From Spirochaetia bacterium (GTDB lineage Bacteria; Spirochaetota; Spirochaetia; SZUA-6; Bin103), in the NCBI GenBank assembly GCA_965203905.1, contig CBDBDQ010000005.1, forward strand, positions 3,648,001-3,712,000: a DNA stretch of 64,000 nucleotides, read 5' to 3'. The notes under the pieces were generated by a model. That model made no database searches and was not told the origin of the DNA. It saw only the letters and a list, made by a program, of their open reading frames with translations. Positions 58,450-64,000 of the stretch are shown here, piece after piece. The stretch's first letter is position 1; every line of letters starts with the position of its first letter. The position numbers and the translations under genes are program-made.

Positions 58450-59421
58450 CTATCTTGCGCGCAGCAGGGTGGGGTCGGTGAAGTGGAAGCGGCAGGTGGC
58501 GGTGCCGGCCACCTCGCCGCGGAGGGCGCGCTTCAGCACGCCGGCCAGGCTGAGGATGGCCAGCGCCTGGTGGGGGTCGCAGCGGAACGCGCCGTCGCGC
58601 TGCCACAGGGCGCCGAGGCGGGCGGCCACCCGGCGCAGGGCGGCATGGGCGTCGGCGTGCCGGTAGCCGTGACGCCCGGCGACATGGGCGAGCAGGAAGG
58701 CGGCGTCCATGTCGTGGTAGCCGAGGGCCTCGTGATCGGTGAATGAGCCGTCGGGGCGCTGATTCTCGAGCAGCGCGTCGAACATCTCCTGCGCGCGCGG
58801 CAGATCGCGGCCTGCGTTCAACAGGATCTTGGAGAACATGAAGGTAGCGCTGATGTCGGGGCGCCCCGCGGCATTGGGGAACAGGCCGCTCGCCGGATCC
58901 TGCAGGCCGCGGATGGCGACGAGGAAGGCGTCCGTCCAGCCGGGAGGCGGCGGCGGGATGCTGTGCATCAGCACGGCGCCGAGCCCGTAGCGGTGGTGGG
59001 GGACCGCGGTGTGCGGGTCGGCGTGCGCCGCCACCCAGCGCCGGCAGGTGACGACGTCGCGCAGCGGTTCCAGGACGGCCAGCGGGCGGGCCGGCCGGGC
59101 TCCGAGCATGTTGAGCGCGATCACCGTGTTCATGGTCGCGTGCTGCCAGCTCTGCCGTGCGAACGGGGGATAGCAGTAGGCGCCGCCTTCCGGGCACTGG
59201 AACCGGTTCAGCGTCGCCGCCCAGCGGGCGCGCAGGCCGGGATCGGCGGGCAACTCGTCGATCACCCACCGCAGCATTACCACGTCGTTCAGGTACAGCA
59301 GGTTGGGCAGCGGCTGGTCCCGCCAACGGAAGCAGCCGTACGGCTCGGAGCCGCGCAGCAGGCCCTCGCACAGATCGCGCGCGGCGGCCACCACCGTGTC
59401 GATATCGAAGAGTCGGCTCAC
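58450..59421 (-). CDS. hypothetical alpha/alpha-toroid (prenyltransferase/QW-like repeat) protein
   Basis: Recurring Q-x2-3-D/E/S-G-x-F/Y motifs (FQCPEGGAY, LQDPASGLF, NQRPDGSF, WQRDGAF); directly after dppC. Confidence 0.5.
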   Translation of the reverse strand: MSRLFDIDTVVAAARDLCEGLLRGSEPYGCFRWRDQPLPNLLYLNDVVMLRWVIDELPADPGLRARWAATLNRFQCPEGGAYCYPPFARQSWQHATMNTVIALNMLGARPARPLAVLEPLRDVVTCRRWVAAHADPHTAVPHHRYGLGAVLMHSIPPPPPGWTDAFLVAIRGLQDPASGLFPNAAGRPDISATFMFSKILLNAGRDLPRAQEMFDALLENQRPDGSFTDHEALGYHDMDAAFLLAHVAGRHGYRHADAHAALRRVAARLGALWQRDGAFRCDPHQALAILSLAGVLKRALRGEVAGTATCRFHFTDPTLLRAR

Positions 59422-59428
59422 ACGGGAA

Positions 59429-60544
59429 TCAATAGGGGTCGGCGGCGTCGCGCATGCCGTCGCCGATAAAGTTGAACGCCAGCACGGTGACGATCACGAA
59501 CAGCGCCGGGATCATCAGCCACAGGTTGAGGTACACGGTCTTGACGTTCTGGGCGGCGCTCAGCAGCACGCCCCAACTCACTACCGGCGGGCGCAGCCCC
59601 AGGCCCAGGAACGACAGCGCGGTCTCGGCCAGGATCATGCTCGGCACCGCCAGGGTCAGGTGCACGATCAGGTAGCTCAGGAACGCCGGCAGCAGGTGGC
59701 GGTACAGGATCGGCCCGGTGCGCGCCCCCGAGACCCGCGCGGCGACCACCATGTCCGAATCGCGCAGCGCGATGATGTAGCCGCGCACCACGCGCGCCAG
59801 CCCGGTCCAGCCGATGATCGACAGGATCAGGATGATCACGAAGTAGACGCGCAGCGCCGGCCAGCTCGGCGGGATGGCGGCGGCCAGCGCCATCCACAGC
59901 GGGATCTGCGGAATCGAGCTGAGGAACTCGATCATGCGCTGGATCGCCATGTCGGCGGTGCCGCCGAAGTAGCCGGAAACGCCGCCCAGGATGCAGCCGA
60001 GCACGAAGCTGATCACCACCCCGACGAAGCCGATCGACAGCGAGATGCGCGCCGCGTAGAACACGCGCGAGAACAGGTCGCGCCCCAGGTTGTCGGTGCC
60101 GAACAGGTAGAACGCGCCCTCGTCCCTGATGCCGAGCAGGTGCAGCCGGCCCGGGAACAGCCCCCACAGCTTGTACTCGTCGCCGCGCACCAGCAGGTGG
60201 ATCGGATAGCGCACCGCCGTGTCCTCCGTGCACTCCAGGGCGAAGGTGTCCATGTTGCGCTCGGTCGTCAGGCGGTACACGAAGGGGCGCAGGTGAAAGC
60301 GGCCGTCGGCATCCACGAAGTGGATCTTCTGCGGCGGGCACAGGATGTAGTCGGAGTCGCGCTCGTAGATGTCGTGGGTGGCGAAGAACTCGCAGAACAG
60401 GGTGCCGGTGACGATGAAGAAGCCGACGATGGCGGTGCCCACCATCGCCAGCCGGTGCGACTTGAACTTGCGCCACATCAGCCGCCACTGCGACGCGATG
60501 TAGTAGGACTCCTGTTCGTAGCGGGCGGCCTTGCGGGTAGTCAT
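59429..60544 (-). CDS. dppC: peptide ABC permease DppC/OppC
   Basis: FGTDNLGRDLFSR, GWTGLARVVRG, RHLLP, SWGVLL, GDGMRDAADPY. Confidence 0.92.
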   Translation of the reverse strand: MTTRKAARYEQESYYIASQWRLMWRKFKSHRLAMVGTAIVGFFIVTGTLFCEFFATHDIYERDSDYILCPPQKIHFVDADGRFHLRPFVYRLTTERNMDTFALECTEDTAVRYPIHLLVRGDEYKLWGLFPGRLHLLGIRDEGAFYLFGTDNLGRDLFSRVFYAARISLSIGFVGVVISFVLGCILGGVSGYFGGTADMAIQRMIEFLSSIPQIPLWMALAAAIPPSWPALRVYFVIILILSIIGWTGLARVVRGYIIALRDSDMVVAARVSGARTGPILYRHLLPAFLSYLIVHLTLAVPSMILAETALSFLGLGLRPPVVSWGVLLSAAQNVKTVYLNLWLMIPALFVIVTVLAFNFIGDGMRDAADPY

Positions 60545-60601
60545 GGGAGTGAGGACGGGTGCCGGCCGGAGCAGGCACCCGCCGCCGTGGAGGTCAGCCG
60601 A

Positions 60602-62560
60602 TCAGTTCTTCCAGAACCACTGTTCGCCGGCTTCGCCCACCACCACCGAGTAGTAGCCGCGCTCCTCCGCGACCCCGACGTTGCCCAGGTTCACGTCGTA
60701 GACGAACGGCCCCGGTGCCTCGGCCACCACGCCGATCACCCACAGGTTCTCGGCCTGGTTCTCCCACATCTCGGTGAGCACCGCGCGGCGTTCGTCGGCA
60801 TCGCCGGTGGAGTAGAGTATTTCGCGCAACTCGTACAGCCGCTTGGCTTCCGGGGGCGGCTCCATGCCGCTCTCGCCGCCGGAGTTGTACCAGGCGTTCC
60901 ACGCCCGTCCCGCCACGTTGAACTTCATCGGCCCGAAGGTGAAGTTCATGGTGGGGTTCCACCAGTTGGAGAAGCGCGCCTCACTGTCCGAAGCCCACCA
61001 CAGCCGTCCGTCCACCTGCTTGATCTGGGTATCGATCCCGATCGGTCCCATGTACTCGGCGAACAGCTCGGCGCCCGGAGTCGCGGTCGGGGTGACTTCG
61101 TAGTACATGAACGGGATGCTCAGCCGGCGCCCGTCGGGCAGCAGCCGGTACTGGCGCCTGTCGTCCCACTCCAGCCCCATCTCGTCGAGCAGCGCGTTGG
61201 CGGCGTCGACGTCGTATTCCACGAAGGCGGTATCCATGTGCGGCTTCCAGAAGTCGACGCCGCGCGGCGGCGATACCTGCGCGATGCGCCCGAAGTCGAG
61301 AAAGATCGACCTGCGGATCTCCTTGCGGTCGATGGCCAGCGAGATCGCCTGCCGGAACCGCTTGTCCTGGGTCACCGCGGCGTACACCGGGTCGGCCGGC
61401 GTGAGGTTGGGGAAGTACACCAGTACCTGTTGCTGCCACGCCGGCAGCAGCATGGTGCGGTAGCCCGCCTTTTCTTCGTTGGACTTGAACACCGGGACGT
61501 CGCCGAGGCGAATGAACTGGAACTGCACGTCGGTCTCGCCCGCCACCACCTTGGCGTTCATCACCTCTAGGTTGTTCACGAACACGCGGTGGGCGCGATC
61601 GATGTAGGGCAGTTGCTGGCCGATCGGGTCGATCTTGAAGAAGTAGGGGTTGCGCTCCAGGAGGAACTCGCCGGGGTTGGGCTCCTCGATCACGTGCCAC
61701 GGATGCAGCGACGGCGCCTCGATAGCGTTCGGGTAGCGGGTCGGTATGTGGTTGGCCGCGTCGGTGCCGCCGACTGCGAACGAGGTGTAGAACGTGCCCC
61801 ACTCGGCGGTGTCGTAGCCCTGTTCCTTCATCACCGGCAGGATCTTCTCCATGTCGGTGTAGTCCTTGTGGTACTGCTTCATGTAGTGGCCCGGTCGCAT
61901 GAAGCGCCCGGCGGGCTGCTGGCTCACCTGTCCGAGAAACAGGCCGTAGGGCTTGGCGAACTTGAGCGAGAAGGAATAGTCGTCGACGATCGACACCTGC
62001 ACCGGCTCGCCGCCCCAGTTCGCCCAGCGCGGCAGCGTGGGCGTGATTTCCTCGTTGAAATACACGTCCTCGAACGCGTAGCGCACGTCGTCGGTGGTCA
62101 CGGGAGCCCCGTCCGACCACTTCAGCCCCTCCCGGATGCGGAACGTGAACTCGGTGGCATCGCCACTCTGCTCCCAGGTCTCCAGGATCGAGGGCTGGAT
62201 GGTGGCGCCCAGGTAGTCGTAGCGGTGGTTGGATGCCGACGGCGCGATCTCCAGCAACTTCACGGCATTCAGGTGGCGCAGGTAGACGTCGTGGTCGATG
62301 GTGTACTCGGTCCAGGTCAGGGTTCCGCCGTACTTCCCGTTCTCCTCCCAGGTCTGCATCACCAGCGGGTTCTTCGGCAGCCGCTCCTCCACCGGCGGCA
62401 GCCCGCGGCCGGCCAGGTAGGGCGAGTCGGTGAACGTGATGCTGGCGCCGGTCTGGCGCACGTAGTCATCCAGATTGTATTGCCCCGGCGGCAATTGCGC
62501 CGCCAGCCACAGCGGCGCGAGCAGCACTCCGGCCGCTGCCAACAACGTCATTCTCTTCAC
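60602..62560 (-). CDS. ABC family 5 solute-binding protein
   Basis: Signal peptide, LPPVEERLP, YGGTL, LKWSDG, RNPYFFK, LPYID, FRQAISLAID; GGAGG RBS; downstream hairpin at 60556-60581. Confidence 0.9.
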   Translation of the reverse strand: MKRMTLLAAAGVLLAPLWLAAQLPPGQYNLDDYVRQTGASITFTDSPYLAGRGLPPVEERLPKNPLVMQTWEENGKYGGTLTWTEYTIDHDVYLRHLNAVKLLEIAPSASNHRYDYLGATIQPSILETWEQSGDATEFTFRIREGLKWSDGAPVTTDDVRYAFEDVYFNEEITPTLPRWANWGGEPVQVSIVDDYSFSLKFAKPYGLFLGQVSQQPAGRFMRPGHYMKQYHKDYTDMEKILPVMKEQGYDTAEWGTFYTSFAVGGTDAANHIPTRYPNAIEAPSLHPWHVIEEPNPGEFLLERNPYFFKIDPIGQQLPYIDRAHRVFVNNLEVMNAKVVAGETDVQFQFIRLGDVPVFKSNEEKAGYRTMLLPAWQQQVLVYFPNLTPADPVYAAVTQDKRFRQAISLAIDRKEIRRSIFLDFGRIAQVSPPRGVDFWKPHMDTAFVEYDVDAANALLDEMGLEWDDRRQYRLLPDGRRLSIPFMYYEVTPTATPGAELFAEYMGPIGIDTQIKQVDGRLWWASDSEARFSNWWNPTMNFTFGPMKFNVAGRAWNAWYNSGGESGMEPPPEAKRLYELREILYSTGDADERRAVLTEMWENQAENLWVIGVVAEAPGPFVYDVNLGNVGVAEERGYYSVVVGEAGEQWFWKN

Positions 62561-62578
62561 TGTGAACCTCCGCGCCGC

Positions 62579-62619
62579 ACCCTATCCCAGCACCCGGCAG
62601 GTGTCAAAGCACTTGCCGG
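62579..62619 (-). promoter_or_regulatory. sigma70 promoter with an operator-like palindrome over the -35 box
   Basis: TTGACA(62607-62602)-17-TAGGGT(62584-62579); CCGGCAGGTG-N6-CACTTGCCGG at 62594-62619. Confidence 0.65.
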
Positions 62620-62804
62620 TACACGGTGAGTCGGGGGAGTCGTCCAATCCAAGAACCGATCACGTGTTCGGTCGGACCCGGGAACCTGCCGCCCAACGCT
62701 AGCAGGAGGCTCTTGGAGGATTCTGGTCGAGAAGAAGCTCTTCCCGTGACGGGAGGCGAGCCGGCGTTCCCGTGCCGCGGCGAACTAGGCCGAGTTCCGG
62801 CGCG

Positions 62805-64000
62805 TCACTCGTTGCCCGAAGTGGAGGCAAGGGCGGCTTCGGCGCTGCCGTCGAAGTAGGTGAGGGCGCGGGCGAAGGCGTCGCGGCCGATCAGGGAGCC
62901 GATGCGGCGTCCCGGCAGGTCGTCCATGCGCGGGTGGATGCCGCCGTAGAGGCGCGAGATGCCGGCCTCGTCGGAGGCGTCGTAGTAGGTCGCCCACTGC
63001 AGCGTCAGAGTCTCGGTGGGGCCGGTCTCGAACACCAGGAACTCGTTGGCCTTGGCCTCGAACTCGCCCAGGCCGCCGGGGAAGTACTCGCTGCCGGTGA
63101 ACAGCGCCATCACCTCGGCCGCGGAGCGGCTGAAGGTGCTGTGCCCCGAGATGTAGCCGGCGAACGGCGGGGTGACGAAGGTGTCGCGCTGGTAGGGGAC
63201 CCAGTCGATGCCCAGGATCCAGTCCACGCCGGTATAGTCGGTGCCCTCCTCCGGCTTGCCGAGCCAGGAGTAGACGGCGATCTCTCCGACGTGCTCAGCG
63301 AGGTGGCCATGGCGCTCGCCTGGAGCGGCGCTCTGCTCGGTGATCAGCTCCGCAACTCCCGGCTGCAGCGGCAGGCCGTGCGGGTCGTAGGAGGGCAGCT
63401 CCGGATCTGAGGACTGCCCCAGCCCCGCCATGTGGCGGATGGCGGTGATCGGCCGCACGTAGTCGTAGTGGCCCTTCAGCCCCCAGGCGCAGACCGCGGC
63501 GTCGTGCACCGCGCCGTTCAAGGCCAGGTACAGTTTCACGTCCCACTCCAGCGGGTCGAGCACCGGCCCGTCGCCGCCGATGCGCCGCTCCAGCAGCGGG
63601 TGGTCGGTCACGTAGTTGGCGAGGGTGTTCCAGTGCCCCGGCGGCGTCTCCGAGTCGGGGCCGTCGGCCCAGAACTCGGCTATCACCCGCGCCCAGTCGC
63701 CGCGCTTGACGAGGTTGGGCTCGTAGGGTTTTCCAGTAACCGGGTTCACCGGGTAGCCGGTGCCGTCGTTGGCTCCCAGGCTGTTGCCGCCAAAGGAGAG
63801 TGGCGAGATGTCCATCATCACCCCGTCGTCGGGGTCGAGCGTCGCGGCGTAGCGCAGCACCTCGGCGAACCCGTGGCGGTACTCGTCGCTGCCGTCGCCG
63901 CCGAGGTAGGGCGGCGGGCCCGGGTCGTGGAACACCCCGTCGCCGGGTGCCATGCCGGCGCCGGGCAGGGAGAAGGATGTCACCGAGCCCCAGTGGGAGC
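62805..64000 (-). CDS. vanadium-dependent haloperoxidase/PAP2-like protein, C-terminal part (start outside the window)
   Basis: KGHYDYVRP (KxxxxxxRP), PPFAGYISGHS, SRLYGGIH vanadate/phosphate-binding motifs. Confidence 0.8.
   Translation of the reverse strand, partial: SHWGSVTSFSLPGAGMAPGDGVFHDPGPPPYLGGDGSDEYRHGFAEVLRYAATLDPDDGVMMDISPLSFGGNSLGANDGTGYPVNPVTGKPYEPNLVKRGDWARVIAEFWADGPDSETPPGHWNTLANYVTDHPLLERRIGGDGPVLDPLEWDVKLYLALNGAVHDAAVCAWGLKGHYDYVRPITAIRHMAGLGQSSDPELPSYDPHGLPLQPGVAELITEQSAAPGERHGHLAEHVGEIAVYSWLGKPEEGTDYTGVDWILGIDWVPYQRDTFVTPPFAGYISGHSTFSRSAAEVMALFTGSEYFPGGLGEFEAKANEFLVFETGPTETLTLQWATYYDASDEAGISRLYGGIHPRMDDLPGRRIGSLIGRDAFARALTYFDGSAEAALASTSGNE

Noticed and set aside
1-64000. 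tRNA, rRNA, prophage or integron features
   Set aside because: No cloverleaf or rRNA-like segments, phage structural genes, intact integrase or attC array were recognised.

Overview
High-GC bacterial window with no rRNA, tRNA or CRISPR array seen. It is dominated by accessory catabolic and transport genes: three Dpp/Opp-type ABC solute-binding proteins with permeases and one ATPase pair, four PhyH-type 2OG/Fe(II) dioxygenases, sulfatases, two luciferase-like monooxygenases, two amidohydrolases, three GH32-like beta-propellers, two CRTAC1/ASPIC-UnbV FG-GAP proteins, a P450, a PLP decarboxylase and a partial vanadium-haloperoxidase-like gene. These are interleaved with TA modules, IS elements and many gene remnants that have lost their middles. 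The gene content resembles sponge-associated spirochaete-like symbionts (inference only). Most notable: (1) a 2.46-kb ISKra4-bounded composite element with an intact 9-bp target duplication, carrying an HNH-nuclease gene with in-frame palindromic repeats; (2) an AT-richer cassette of a SLATT-like two-TM gene overlapping an unannotated 50-aa, 44% proline ORF; (3) a PhyH dioxygenase fused to an integrase-arm-like N-terminal domain, with a perfect palindrome over its promoter; (4) a two-copy structured ~105-bp element with a compensatory base-pair change; (5) a recurring internal-deletion mode of gene decay and repeated leaderless promoters. All family calls come from motif recognition by eye; no searches were run.
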